UHGV virus genome: UHGV-0225074
Reading direction: 5' to 3' (one strand)
Source: a virus
DNA length: 64,000 bases
Shown here one piece after another: positions 53,856-62,942 of the stretch; position 1 is the stretch's first letter; the number at the start of each line of letters is the position of its first letter. Made by a program: the position numbers and the translations under genes. The notes under the pieces were generated by a model. The model did not search any database. It was given only the letters and a program-made list of their open reading frames with translations, and was not told where the DNA came from.

Positions 53856-54343
53856 TCTTTACTCAAATACTCGTCCAAATACCGGACATCCAATTCCCAC
53901 TTTTCGCGCTTGCTTCGCTCATGATACAAATCAAACGCTTCCTTAACATATTTCTCTGCCACAGGGCGACTAACTTCATTCACTCTCATAAAGTGACGAA
54001 GGGCAATTTCACCACGCCCACGGATCCCTGCCAAACCAATATGCTTGACTTCATGACAGGAAGGACATAGCGCGATTAAACCTATCAGAGTTATCTTACC
54101 GTCTCCGAAATTCCACTTCTCATGGCATTCAACAGGGTGTTTTGTTCCTTTACCCCCGCAGATTTCACATCGATAATTGGCCTTCGCATAACACTTCTTT
54201 CTGACAACATCCCACTGGGCTTTGGGGAGACGAGATCGGAGATTAGTAAACCACGCGGTCTTTGGAACTAGTTCAATCTCTAATTTCAAATCACCTCCAC
54301 GTTGCAGCAACAACAATATCAATAGCTCGTTCCCAGCACTCAC
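53852..54343 (-). CDS. HNH/zinc-finger nuclease-like protein; true start may be a TTG at about 54289
   Basis: CEICGGKG...HPVECHEKWNF...CPSCHEVKH; the first ATG overlaps the NADAR gene by 53 nt, whereas GGAGGTGAT-TTG would abut it. Confidence 0.4.
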   Translation of the reverse strand: MSAGNELLILLLLQRGGDLKLEIELVPKTAWFTNLRSRLPKAQWDVVRKKCYAKANYRCEICGGKGTKHPVECHEKWNFGDGKITLIGLIALCPSCHEVKHIGLAGIRGRGEIALRHFMRVNEVSRPVAEKYVKEAFDLYHERSKREKWELDVRYLDEYLSKD

Positions 54344-54797
54344 CGAGAAGATTCAAACCACGCCAGTTGGTTGGGTCATCGATACGTGTGTCATATTCGT
54401 TTAATTTAACACCCCAGATGGCATCATAAGGGGAGGCTTCCACAAACTTACGACCAGCATCCCGATGCCCAAGCGCCGCTTCTAGAACAGACCTGTTGGC
54501 CTTCATTTTCAATACAAGGCCTGAAGTCACAATATCCATTCTATTCTCTTCCCAGACGCTGTTGTCGAAACCTTTTACCTGACGACCAAGAGCTTTGGCC
54601 TCATTAGGGTTATCAACCGTAGCGATACGGGAAGCAATTTCTTTGTCATCGAAGAGCATTGCCTTCTGGAACATCATGTAATGTTCTACAGTGAAAAACT
54701 CGTAACCACCACAACGAATAGGAATAACTTGGCGGTAGTGATTACTGAACATATCCCGGTAAGTGAAGAAAAAGACGTATTTATCAGTTACTCGCAT
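54291..54797 (-). CDS. NADAR (YbiA/DUF1768) domain protein
   Basis: FFFTYRDMFSNHY...EHYMMFQKAMLF...SPYDAIWGVK...LNLLGECW signatures; GAGG RBS before the ATG at 54797. Confidence 0.6.
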   Translation of the reverse strand: MRVTDKYVFFFTYRDMFSNHYRQVIPIRCGGYEFFTVEHYMMFQKAMLFDDKEIASRIATVDNPNEAKALGRQVKGFDNSVWEENRMDIVTSGLVLKMKANRSVLEAALGHRDAGRKFVEASPYDAIWGVKLNEYDTRIDDPTNWRGLNLLGECWERAIDIVVAATWR

Positions 54798-54804
54798 TAT
54801 TGCC

Positions 54805-54999
54805 TCAATGAAATGTTTTCTTACTTGGACAAGAACCAGCGCCATCTTTTGTTACAATCTCTGTTCGATGACCGTCGCTGTAAACGCAGACCTTAGAGCT
54901 GCCGTTGGTATATTCATCAACCAAATCGAGAGTGTTTACAGTTGCGAATACCGGAGAAGAGAGCAGCAATGCTGCGATAAGAATTTTTGTGCGGATCAT
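54805..54999 (-). CDS. small secreted protein (64 aa; signal peptide MIRTKILIAALLLSSPVFA)
   Basis: AAAAGGAGATACACA RBS; two Cys in the mature part. Confidence 0.4.
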   Translation of the reverse strand: MIRTKILIAALLLSSPVFATVNTLDLVDEYTNGSSKVCVYSDGHRTEIVTKDGAGSCPSKKTFH

Positions 55000-55020
55000 T
55001 GTGTATCTCCTTTTGTAAGT

Positions 55021-55043
55021 AGAGACCCGATGATAGTCTATCA
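55021..55043. promoter_or_regulatory. 23-bp near-perfect palindrome CCCGGTGATAGACTATCATCGGG overlapping a minus-strand TTGACA-18-TATCAT promoter candidate
   Basis: Read directly between the SPFH gene stop and the secreted-protein gene. Confidence 0.4.
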
Positions 55044-55062
55044 CCGGGCCTTTTGTCAACTC

Positions 55063-55953
55063 TTACTTACCTGCTGGTAAGGTAACGAATGGGGTCTGAG
55101 AACCACTGGTCATGTAGACTGGGGTCACACCGTTCCACTTGTTGATCGCTTCCAGTTGCATGATTTCTGGGTTTTTTCGGAGAGAATCACCACGCAGTTG
55201 GATAGATTCTGCTTCGCCTTTTGCCAGTGCTACTTTAGCATCTGCTTCACCCTGAGCTTGCAGTCGCTTAGATTCAGCTTCACCGCGAGCTGCTTCAATT
55301 TGTTTCTGAGCTTCAGCTTTAGTCTGCTGGATTTCGTTTTCACGCAGCAGCGCTTTCTGAGTCGCTTCGATCTTAGCGTTGATGGACGCAGTTACCTGAG
55401 GAGGATAACCAAGGTCATCAGTGTAAGACAGTTTCACAATAACGATACCTACCGGGTCAAGTTTCTGCTTCAGGGTCTTGGTCACTCGGTCCAGAAGCTG
55501 AGATTTACCATCACCAGCCAGTGTACCAATGTCCATTGTACCCGCTTCCTTGATCAACGCATCAGAGATATTCTGACGAATGTTGACATCGGTAATCTCC
55601 TGGACGCCTTTACGGTAGGTCTGGAAGATCTTGGTAACCTTAGAGCGGTCAACGTAATACTCAACACCGATCTTCGCAGTAACCGTCATAGAATCTTTGG
55701 TCTGGAAGTTAAACGGTTGTTCGTAGTTGTTCAACTGGTTGAACGTCGGGAACTGATAGATCTCTTCGTTCCAGGTTAACCAATACTTACCAACGCCCAC
55801 TTCTTGCTGCTGAACGCCTTTCTCATCACCATACAGGTCAACCTTAACACCCACATAACCCGCCGGAACAGTTGCACGTTCACAACCAGTCAGACCAATT
55901 GCACCCAGGGCGATCAGGCCAGCAAATACTACGCGTTTGATATTCTTAAGCAT
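55063..55953 (-). CDS. SPFH/band-7 (stomatin/prohibitin-like) lipoprotein
   Basis: Lipobox LTGC after a signal peptide; band-7 core; C-terminal Ala/Glu/Gln-rich coiled coil. Confidence 0.55.
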   Translation of the reverse strand: MLKNIKRVVFAGLIALGAIGLTGCERATVPAGYVGVKVDLYGDEKGVQQQEVGVGKYWLTWNEEIYQFPTFNQLNNYEQPFNFQTKDSMTVTAKIGVEYYVDRSKVTKIFQTYRKGVQEITDVNIRQNISDALIKEAGTMDIGTLAGDGKSQLLDRVTKTLKQKLDPVGIVIVKLSYTDDLGYPPQVTASINAKIEATQKALLRENEIQQTKAEAQKQIEAARGEAESKRLQAQGEADAKVALAKGEAESIQLRGDSLRKNPEIMQLEAINKWNGVTPVYMTSGSQTPFVTLPAGK

Positions 55954-56110
55954 TAGTTTGTTTCTCCTCTTTGATTTTATACTCAGTCTTTACGTTTTCA
56001 TCAACGTGGTCATCTACGATTTTTGCAACATAAGATGCCGCAGACTTACCTTTGGACTTTGCCAAGTGCTGCAACTTTTCCCAAGTTGCCGCCTTCAGAT
56101 TTAGCAACAT
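55946..56110 (-). CDS. small protein (54 aa, MLLNLKAATWEKLQHLAKSKGKSAASYVAKIVDDHVDENVKTEYKIKEEKQTNA), possibly ribbon-helix-helix-like
   Basis: The stop overlaps the SPFH start; read manually. Confidence 0.3.
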   Translation of the reverse strand: MLLNLKAATWEKLQHLAKSKGKSAASYVAKIVDDHVDENVKTEYKIKEEKQTNA

Positions 56111-56310
56111 TATCGATCTCCTTCAGCGCTTGTCTTCGGAATGAAGACCTTACGCAACCAGTACCACACGACAACCGGGGCAGTGAAGACTAAGGCAAAC
56201 CCGCCAATAACACTGATTGTATCTTTGGCAGAAACCAGAGTTGGGACACCAAACCCGAATACGACGCAGATGAAGACAAATAGGCCAACACCATTAAGGT
56301 AGTATTTCAT
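56110..56310 (-). CDS. small membrane protein (66 aa, two TM helices)
   Basis: ATGA-coupled on both sides. Confidence 0.4.
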   Translation of the reverse strand: MKYYLNGVGLFVFICVVFGFGVPTLVSAKDTISVIGGFALVFTAPVVVWYWLRKVFIPKTSAEGDR

Positions 56311-56669
56311 TATTCAGTGTCCTCAGCACCATCATCGGCTTCAGTCTGTGCAACATTAGGTGTTCCACGACCAAACAGAATATCTGCCTCGGTGAAGACT
56401 TCTTTTTCGGCCTCTAATGCAGCAGTTTTCTTTTCTGCTTCGAAGCGAACATCATACTCGCGCTTCACCAGACTATTGAAGAATTTTGGAGAGATATTAT
56501 GCGTTTCTTTCTCCACAGAGCGAATATCTTTGATCTGGTCTTTCAGATCAGCGATTTGACGCTGGAGATCAACCACTTCAGTTACGCTATCTTTCAGGCG
56601 TTTACGCTGAACCGGGTCAGACGGCAGAGAGGTGATCAGTTCGATTTTGATTTTTGGCATACGTGGCAT
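56310..56669 (-). CDS. coiled-coil protein (119 aa) with an acidic C-terminus
   Basis: Heptad-like DLQRQIADLKDQIKDIRS. Confidence 0.4.
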   Translation of the reverse strand: MPRMPKIKIELITSLPSDPVQRKRLKDSVTEVVDLQRQIADLKDQIKDIRSVEKETHNISPKFFNSLVKREYDVRFEAEKKTAALEAEKEVFTEADILFGRGTPNVAQTEADDGAEDTE

Positions 56670-56731
56670 ATATTGCTCCTTTGTTTGGTTTAGTGTGGTC
56701 AGTATAACCGTTCAGTTTTATTTGTCAAGCT

Positions 56732-56956
56732 TCAATTGTCAATGCCGACAATTTTTCCGCCCATTCTCTCGATCTGGTTGACATGAGATACCAGTGTGCC
56801 GAGTGTGCATTCATAAGCGTATTTCTTTACGCCACCCCAACGACGCTTCATCGTGAAGCGGATAACATGACGGGAAGATGCCCCGCGATTAATGATGGTC
56901 ATTTTAAGGCGTTTAGCCAAGGCAACAATTTCAGAATAATCAATATTTTCTTCCAC
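56732..56956 (-). CDS. hypothetical protein (74 aa)
   Basis: Co-oriented ORF. Confidence 0.35.
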   Translation of the reverse strand: MEENIDYSEIVALAKRLKMTIINRGASSRHVIRFTMKRRWGGVKKYAYECTLGTLVSHVNQIERMGGKIVGIDN

Positions 56957-57007
56957 TTCGTTCTCCTTTTGTCTTGATGGGTCATTATACAGACCCAGAT
57001 ACGATTG

Positions 57008-57685
57008 TCAAACAATAATGTTTGGTTTTTTGAAAGTCCCTGGCTTCATGATTTTACCGCCTTTGTCGAAGAATACGACACGTGGCTCTTCTTTCATATT
57101 CTCATCAACAATGGAGAAATGAACACCTTCATAGCGTCCACCATTACGCTGTTCGATACAGGTGCATTCTGCCTCAAGGGCTTTTGCCAAGTCAAGGTCT
57201 TTATGCAAAGACTGAATTTCACTAAGTGTTGGATATTTAGAATCATTAGATTCCAGAACGCTATGCATGTTCTTATGCAATTGCATATCAAGACCAAACA
57301 ACAAAGCTGTGCTCAATTTAAGCATCCCCTCATAGTCATCATTCGCAAAAGCATCCAAAGCTTTACCAGGAGAAAACTTAAGGTCCGGATTATAAGTTAA
57401 ATATTTATCTGAGGATAGCGAATAGTTATTACTCAACCAATAAGCATACGACGCCACAACAAACAAGTCACACGCTCCATCAACAACTTCCTTACGGTCA
57501 TTTTCGATTAATGCTGTAACGGTTTCTTGTAACTCCTCTCCTACAAACTCCCACTGCTTTCCCAATGGGGTAAATTCACCCTTTGCAGATGCTGCGACAG
57601 AATTCCAATCTACAACATGTTTCGCATACTTAACAAGAGAGGTTGGGCGCAGCATAGCATTCAGAGTATCATAAGCTTCTTTCAT
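57008..57685 (-). CDS. MazG-like all-alpha NTP pyrophosphohydrolase-like protein
   Basis: EFVGEELQETVTALIE...VVDGACDLFVVASY resembles the MazG EExxE...D motif pair; weak. Confidence 0.35.
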   Translation of the reverse strand: MKEAYDTLNAMLRPTSLVKYAKHVVDWNSVAASAKGEFTPLGKQWEFVGEELQETVTALIENDRKEVVDGACDLFVVASYAYWLSNNYSLSSDKYLTYNPDLKFSPGKALDAFANDDYEGMLKLSTALLFGLDMQLHKNMHSVLESNDSKYPTLSEIQSLHKDLDLAKALEAECTCIEQRNGGRYEGVHFSIVDENMKEEPRVVFFDKGGKIMKPGTFKKPNIIV

Positions 57686-57693
57686 TAAATCTC

Positions 57694-57972
57694 CTAAATT
57701 GTTTTTTCAAAAACACCATCGATGGCGTATTTAATTTTTTCCCAAGTTTCTTTATCGAAACCTACCATACCCCGCTGTTCATAACCTTGGCGAGAACGGT
57801 TGTCATAATGAGCTAACTCATTGTAAGAAAGGTTAACTGAACCTGGCAGATCAGGATCTGGACGAATTGACCATCTGTAGTTGTCGTTCATCGCAGAATC
57901 GTAGATATGCGCTTCAAAATCTACAGTATTTTCTTTAATTTGATGCATCACCATCTCCTTGCGGTTGATCAC
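57694..57972 (-). CDS. hypothetical protein (92 aa)
   Basis: Co-oriented ORF. Confidence 0.4.
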   Translation of the reverse strand: MINRKEMVMHQIKENTVDFEAHIYDSAMNDNYRWSIRPDPDLPGSVNLSYNELAHYDNRSRQGYEQRGMVGFDKETWEKIKYAIDGVFEKTI

Positions 57973-58285
57973 GACTGATACCTAAAGGTAGCCATGCCCC
58001 TGTCTTGCTTTTATACAGGCAGGTTGATTTGTACCATGAATAACTGGTCTCTGTATTCGCGGCCCAGCCGTCGAACTGACAAGTCATAGTATGCCATAAT
58101 GGGACAGTAAGGGCCAGCGTAACAAGGCCCATAACAAATACCCAGATGATCAGCAGACGTTTAACCTTTCCAGCAACCCAGTCAAAGAAATCATCCAGCT
58201 TATCTTTTCGGAATCTGTAAGCGGCATAAATGCCGCCTCCTGTTACAAATGATGCGCCTAGTAGCGCCAGCCAATACCAGATCAT
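57935..58285 (-). CDS. membrane protein (116 aa, 2-3 TM helices)
   Basis: Hydrophobic N-terminal half. Confidence 0.4.
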   Translation of the reverse strand: MIWYWLALLGASFVTGGGIYAAYRFRKDKLDDFFDWVAGKVKRLLIIWVFVMGLVTLALTVPLWHTMTCQFDGWAANTETSYSWYKSTCLYKSKTGAWLPLGISRDQPQGDGDASN

Positions 58286-58286
58286 T

Positions 58287-58766
58287 TTACTGTGCCTTTG
58301 TTACGATAATTTGAGTATCAGGGCGCACAGGGATTTGGGAACCATCGCCGAGAGTCAGGATAACATCCTCCCCCATCGCACCAGTATTCGTTACGGTATA
58401 AACCTTTCCGCAAAACATGATCTCATCACCCTTACGGATTGCTTTAGCTGGGTAGTTCCCAGGTTCCCGATCAGTGTCTTCCAGCGGGTCATATGTTGCA
58501 TGGAAAATTTCTGATTTGCAAGGATAGAATTCTCCAGCCACCCCTTTAATTACATAATCCCCAGCAGAGGCTACAACCACCCCCTCTGGGGTTTTTATCT
58601 CTACAGTACGACCACAATCACGAGTGTGGATTTCGGAATCCTTCCACACACCAGTTTCCATCCAATTATGGATCTGCCCTGCGCTGGTTGACGACCCGTC
58701 AAACTTATGTGCTTCAACCTCTACAGGTTTTTTACGATAAAATCCCATTAGTATACAGGCTCCCAT
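58287..58766 (-). CDS. hypothetical protein (159 aa)
   Basis: Co-oriented ORF. Confidence 0.45.
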   Translation of the reverse strand: MGACILMGFYRKKPVEVEAHKFDGSSTSAGQIHNWMETGVWKDSEIHTRDCGRTVEIKTPEGVVVASAGDYVIKGVAGEFYPCKSEIFHATYDPLEDTDREPGNYPAKAIRKGDEIMFCGKVYTVTNTGAMGEDVILTLGDGSQIPVRPDTQIIVTKAQ

Positions 58767-60049
58767 GTTAATGTATCTAGTTCACGAACGCTTTGGCCCA
58801 CAGGGAACTGAGGAACACCATCATCAGTTCTAGCTTGGAACGTGAAGTTAATAAACTTACCCACCAGCAGGAGCATTCGTTCCTGAGATCTCTCTGCGTG
58901 GGTTCCCTTCATTTTACAGTTGAAACGTGTACCATCTTTCTCTTCGCAGAGTAATACACCCTCACCGTTCTTATCTTCCACAGAATCAAGGACTTTAGCC
59001 TCGCCATCTTGGAACAATTTCCATTTTAGAAGGTCTGATGAACGCTGTCCAAATTCATACAAGCCTTTGAAGTTTCGGACAATAGAACCTTCAAACCCCC
59101 TCTCCATATATTTACCGATGGACCATTTAACCTCTCTCTCACAAGAGACAACAATACCATGAACAATGTTAATAAGAGGTACTTCAAGTTCACACTCTAC
59201 AGCTTCAGCAACGGATAAGAGGTCTTGGTGACGTGTCTTATCATGATCCGTTGAATACCAAGGACTTCCTGCATTCACAGGAATGTCGAAGATATGGTAC
59301 TCTAGGTCAAGGCTTGAATAGCCGCCATAACGATCAACATCTTTAACTGGTTCGATCGCGATAGAGTAAACATCGCCATCAAAATCTTTCCAGCTCTCTT
59401 CCCCGTTGTCAACAGCTTTCTGATGACGCTTCAGGTCAGACTGGTAATCCTTTTCAATCTCTTCTTCAATCTGCTCTGGTGTACGCCACTTCTTAGCGAG
59501 AGCGACAATCTTTTGCAGACTCAGACCATGAATGTACAGCTCCCCATCGAATTTGTCAAACCCTGAATGCTCAGAAAGGGATTTAACCTGTTTAGACAAC
59601 TCAGAATCAAGCGGTACAGGATATAGTTTGTTACCACGGCTATTGAATTGTGGGAAGCCATCTGCATCAAGAGTAACCAGAGCACGTACACCATCGAGCT
59701 TTGGCTGTACGTATGCTGGATAAATTATTGATTTATAACGTTTAATTGCATCATGTGCCAGCATTGGGGAGAAGTTCTCTTCCTGTTCAAGCTTGCTTGT
59801 ATCGTCACGATATCCAAGGCGAACCTGTTTCTCCCATTTGGAAACGGCCTCAGCCCATGCTTGCTGTTCTGCGGTGGTTTCGTTAGAACGTCCAACGTTC
59901 TTTGGTTCACAGGTGGTAACCTTTTGTTGCTTCTTGCCACCAACCTTACCAAACTCTACAACTACCTGATTACCAACAATAAAAACCTTCCAACACTGGA
60001 AAGATCCATCTTTATTCAGTGCGAAAAGTGTTGAATTAACTTGTTGCAT
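58748..60049 (-). CDS. ATP-dependent DNA ligase
   Basis: Motif I AYVQPKLDGVRAL (KxDG) plus OB-domain-like C-terminus; 433 aa. Confidence 0.65.
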   Translation of the reverse strand: MQQVNSTLFALNKDGSFQCWKVFIVGNQVVVEFGKVGGKKQQKVTTCEPKNVGRSNETTAEQQAWAEAVSKWEKQVRLGYRDDTSKLEQEENFSPMLAHDAIKRYKSIIYPAYVQPKLDGVRALVTLDADGFPQFNSRGNKLYPVPLDSELSKQVKSLSEHSGFDKFDGELYIHGLSLQKIVALAKKWRTPEQIEEEIEKDYQSDLKRHQKAVDNGEESWKDFDGDVYSIAIEPVKDVDRYGGYSSLDLEYHIFDIPVNAGSPWYSTDHDKTRHQDLLSVAEAVECELEVPLINIVHGIVVSCEREVKWSIGKYMERGFEGSIVRNFKGLYEFGQRSSDLLKWKLFQDGEAKVLDSVEDKNGEGVLLCEEKDGTRFNCKMKGTHAERSQERMLLLVGKFINFTFQARTDDGVPQFPVGQSVRELDTLTWEPVY

Positions 60050-60825
60050 TATTTCTCCTTTGTCTGTAAAACAGTTTTACCTTCAAGGTGATCCTCAACC
60101 ATTTTAACCAGGCCGGGATTACTAAAGGCATCAACAGCTCCGGTACGATAAACTACAACACCCGCATCTTCGTACATCAACTGCTCGTCATATCTAACAG
60201 CAGGATTGACAACTACAACTTTAGTACCCCGCATAACCGCAGGGAACAATTCCCAGTTGAAGTTGATTACCGTGTTTGAACATCCAACAACAATTACAAG
60301 GTCTTGGCTTGTCAAGGACTCTAAGGTATCATACATAGGGCCATAGGCTGGAGCATTTTCACCAAAGAAAATTACGTTTGGTTTACACCAATCATAATCA
60401 TCAGGATCAATTTGGTCGTAACCAATATCGACAATCTCTATCTTCTGAGTGAAAGCATCTTTAACAAGGATCTCTTTCAGATAACCATGTATGTACAGAG
60501 TATCTTCTTTCGGTACACCTGCACGTTCCAACAAATCATCGACGTTAGTCGTCATGTTGATAACTTGTCCAGGATAACGTTTGTACCATTCAGCAACACG
60601 AAGATGTGCAGCATTCGGGTGTACCGTTGGTAACTCTGCACGACGCTTGTTATAAAACATGTGCGTTTTATGGTAGAAATTACCACGGAAGGCGTGTATG
60701 TTACAAACCTCCTCAAGGTCGTATTCATCCCACAGGGCTTTACCAGATTCAGTATCTGTGCGGAATGTACGTACACCACTCTCCGCAGAGAAGCCAGCAC
60801 CACTTATAACGATAAGACGTCTCAT
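60049..60825 (-). CDS. SIR2-family (NAD-dependent deacylase-like) protein
   Basis: N-terminal ISGAGFSAESGVRTFR (GAGIS...FR) and an internal HG motif; Zn-ribbon cysteines not evident. Confidence 0.5.
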   Translation of the reverse strand: MRRLIVISGAGFSAESGVRTFRTDTESGKALWDEYDLEEVCNIHAFRGNFYHKTHMFYNKRRAELPTVHPNAAHLRVAEWYKRYPGQVINMTTNVDDLLERAGVPKEDTLYIHGYLKEILVKDAFTQKIEIVDIGYDQIDPDDYDWCKPNVIFFGENAPAYGPMYDTLESLTSQDLVIVVGCSNTVINFNWELFPAVMRGTKVVVVNPAVRYDEQLMYEDAGVVVYRTGAVDAFSNPGLVKMVEDHLEGKTVLQTKEK

Positions 60826-61046
60826 GGATTTTCCCCTATAACATTATTTATCTCATTCATAGCCTCATTATAACCATTACACCGCTCGGTAATACCTTTC
60901 ATATAACGAATTTTATTAAGAACTCGTAAATTTGAAAACTTCCAGGCTTCCCATGCAGCAGATTTTGCTTCTGGTGTTGACCAAGGATCGCTAAGAGAGT
61001 TCCACCAATTTTCGAACGATTCCCGTAGGTTATTTCCTTTATACAT
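60822..61046 (-). CDS. hypothetical protein (74 aa)
   Basis: ATGA-coupled. Confidence 0.35.
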   Translation of the reverse strand: MYKGNNLRESFENWWNSLSDPWSTPEAKSAAWEAWKFSNLRVLNKIRYMKGITERCNGYNEAMNEINNVIGENP

Positions 61047-61055
61047 TATCTTTCC

Positions 61056-61463
61056 TTACTGTAATTTCAATGAGTTACGCAGACGACGCTCTTGAGCATC
61101 ACGAGTTTCCTGCGGAACACTGTGAATAGAATCATTCCCGTGGCGGTTCTCGACCACTAGGCTGATAACACGATACCCATTCTCCGCAGCGAGATCAAGA
61201 TAAGGTTTCAGTTCTTTTTCACTGGTAGAAGTATTAGACAAGATGATTTTACGAAATTTCCATTCCATCATTTCCTTTACTTGATCTTGGCACCATTTAT
61301 GCGCTGCCTGGATATTTTCAGGTTTCCAGTCGTAAACACCATCTTCCGTGTAGTGAAATTTATCTGCTTCACAGATAGGCCACAAACCTTCTGCTAGCAT
61401 ATCTGCAACTGTAGATTTACCAGCACCAGACACACCGCGCAGGATAATCAGAGTCTTTTCCAT
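61056..61463 (-). CDS. P-loop polynucleotide kinase-like protein (stand-alone kinase domain)
   Basis: ILRGVSGAGKSTVADML Walker A; size and layout like the T4 Pnk kinase domain or AAA_33. Confidence 0.5.
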   Translation of the reverse strand: MEKTLIILRGVSGAGKSTVADMLAEGLWPICEADKFHYTEDGVYDWKPENIQAAHKWCQDQVKEMMEWKFRKIILSNTSTSEKELKPYLDLAAENGYRVISLVVENRHGNDSIHSVPQETRDAQERRLRNSLKLQ

Positions 61464-61472
61464 CTCTTCTCC

Positions 61473-61817
61473 TCAGTAATTGTTTCTCAAGATCGTAATA
61501 CGATACTTCGAGAAGCTCTCTTTTGCAAGCATGAACTTTTGTGCAGCAGAAGGGTTAGACGTGTGGACATAGAGTTTAGCATCATGCACAGGAAGTTTCC
61601 CATACACAAGCTTCTCTTCCAAGGCTAACAGGCAGTCATAGCCCTCCATTTCTGAATCTTCACCGAGGTCATTGTCGAAATGCCACTCTGTGACATAACG
61701 ATAGAACTTTGACCGATTATCAAGAAAATCCATAAATTTCTGAGAGGTCTTGAACCACAATGCATCAGGATAACCGTAGTCTTTAGGGTCTCTTAAATCG
61801 TCAAGCCAGACAATCAT
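61473..61817 (-). CDS. hypothetical protein (114 aa)
   Basis: ATGA-coupled to the RNA ligase gene. Confidence 0.4.
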   Translation of the reverse strand: MIVWLDDLRDPKDYGYPDALWFKTSQKFMDFLDNRSKFYRYVTEWHFDNDLGEDSEMEGYDCLLALEEKLVYGKLPVHDAKLYVHTSNPSAAQKFMLAKESFSKYRITILRNNY

Positions 61818-62776
61818 TTTTGAACTCCAACGTAAAAACGACTATCGCGATCAAAGAGGTCTTCAATCGCAAAATAATCTTCAACAACCTGACGACGTTT
61901 TTGAGAGTCCATCCCAGCCCAGTCGTCTTTAGAGTAATACTCACGAATATGGTCTAGCAACTCGTAATACTCTTCGTCAATACGCTTCTTGGCATCTTTC
62001 GGGTTATCCCAGATCATATCCCACTTGTTATCACCTCCACGCATCAGGAATTTCTTCGCCAGATAATGTGGGGACTTGATTTTCAAAAGTAGTTCGCTAT
62101 TTTCGTCATCTGTCCCGATATTTCGGACAACAAAACCTTCGTGGCTAACAGCATGACTGGCTGCAACGACATCGCCAAATGCACGGACATCCCATTGAGG
62201 ACGTTTTGCACCGATCACTTCAGCGATGCGATCAAGTTTGTGCTCTTCAACCATAACACCGTTTAAAGCGAGATCACGGACACCAATCAGATAAGCACCT
62301 TCTTTCTCTTCCACAATATGTGGGTCGCTGCTATCGCATATTTCGAAAATGAAAGTGTAATCTTCACGGAAAGAAATCAGATCAAAATTCATTTTTTCGA
62401 GGTACTTACGAGCCAATTCTGAAAACTCAGAATCCAATGTCCCTGTTGTTGAAACGAGCAGCTTGTCTTTGTGTATTGCCGCTGTAGCCATAAAACCATT
62501 GACCTTGCGGGAACAAACAACCGGTTTGTCAAGAGGAAGGTCAGTTCCATTCTCGAAGCGGTTGAAAATCTTAGTGAAAGGCCAGATAATCACGTTGTCT
62601 TCTGAATCAACAACCATGCCACGGCACTCAAGCAGTCGTGGGTCAGTATGCCACAGGTTATCCCAGAACACATTGTTCTTATACTTCAGCACAGAAAGAC
62701 CCGCGAACGGGCCTTCGGTGTAAGTCTTTTTGGTTACCAGTTTTTTAGCAACCAAATCGTCTACGTTGAATTTCAT
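61814..62776 (-). CDS. RNA ligase-family nucleotidyltransferase (Rnl-like)
   Basis: Putative motif I SRKVNGFMA (KxNG) and a downstream lysine-containing motif; 320 aa is similar to T4 Rnl2-class enzymes. Confidence 0.45.
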   Translation of the reverse strand: MKFNVDDLVAKKLVTKKTYTEGPFAGLSVLKYKNNVFWDNLWHTDPRLLECRGMVVDSEDNVIIWPFTKIFNRFENGTDLPLDKPVVCSRKVNGFMATAAIHKDKLLVSTTGTLDSEFSELARKYLEKMNFDLISFREDYTFIFEICDSSDPHIVEEKEGAYLIGVRDLALNGVMVEEHKLDRIAEVIGAKRPQWDVRAFGDVVAASHAVSHEGFVVRNIGTDDENSELLLKIKSPHYLAKKFLMRGGDNKWDMIWDNPKDAKKRIDEEYYELLDHIREYYSKDDWAGMDSQKRRQVVEDYFAIEDLFDRDSRFYVGVQK

Positions 62777-62942
62777 GTTCTCTCCTTCGTCTGAGATTTT
62801 TCAATAGTTTGAGCACTTCTTTTTGTGCTGATTTCATTTCACTGTAGTCATCATAGATGCTCAGGTCTAGTTCGTCAACATATTCTTCAAGCTCGCTAAT
62901 CAAAAAGGCCACGTTATGGATAAGGTCAAGATCTTTTTTCAT
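62745..62942 (-). CDS. hypothetical protein (65 aa)
   Basis: Co-oriented ORF. Confidence 0.35.
   Translation of the reverse strand: MKKDLDLIHNVAFLISELEEYVDELDLSIYDDYSEMKSAQKEVLKLLKNLRRRREHEIQRRRFGC

Noticed and set aside
41429-56000. Long plus-strand ORFs inside the minus-strand block (e.g. 41429..42097, 43256..43642, 45560..46016, 47430..47957, 55156..55779)
   Set aside because: They are antisense shadows of well-supported minus-strand genes (endolysin, nrdB, nrdA, thyX, SPFH) and have no RBSs.
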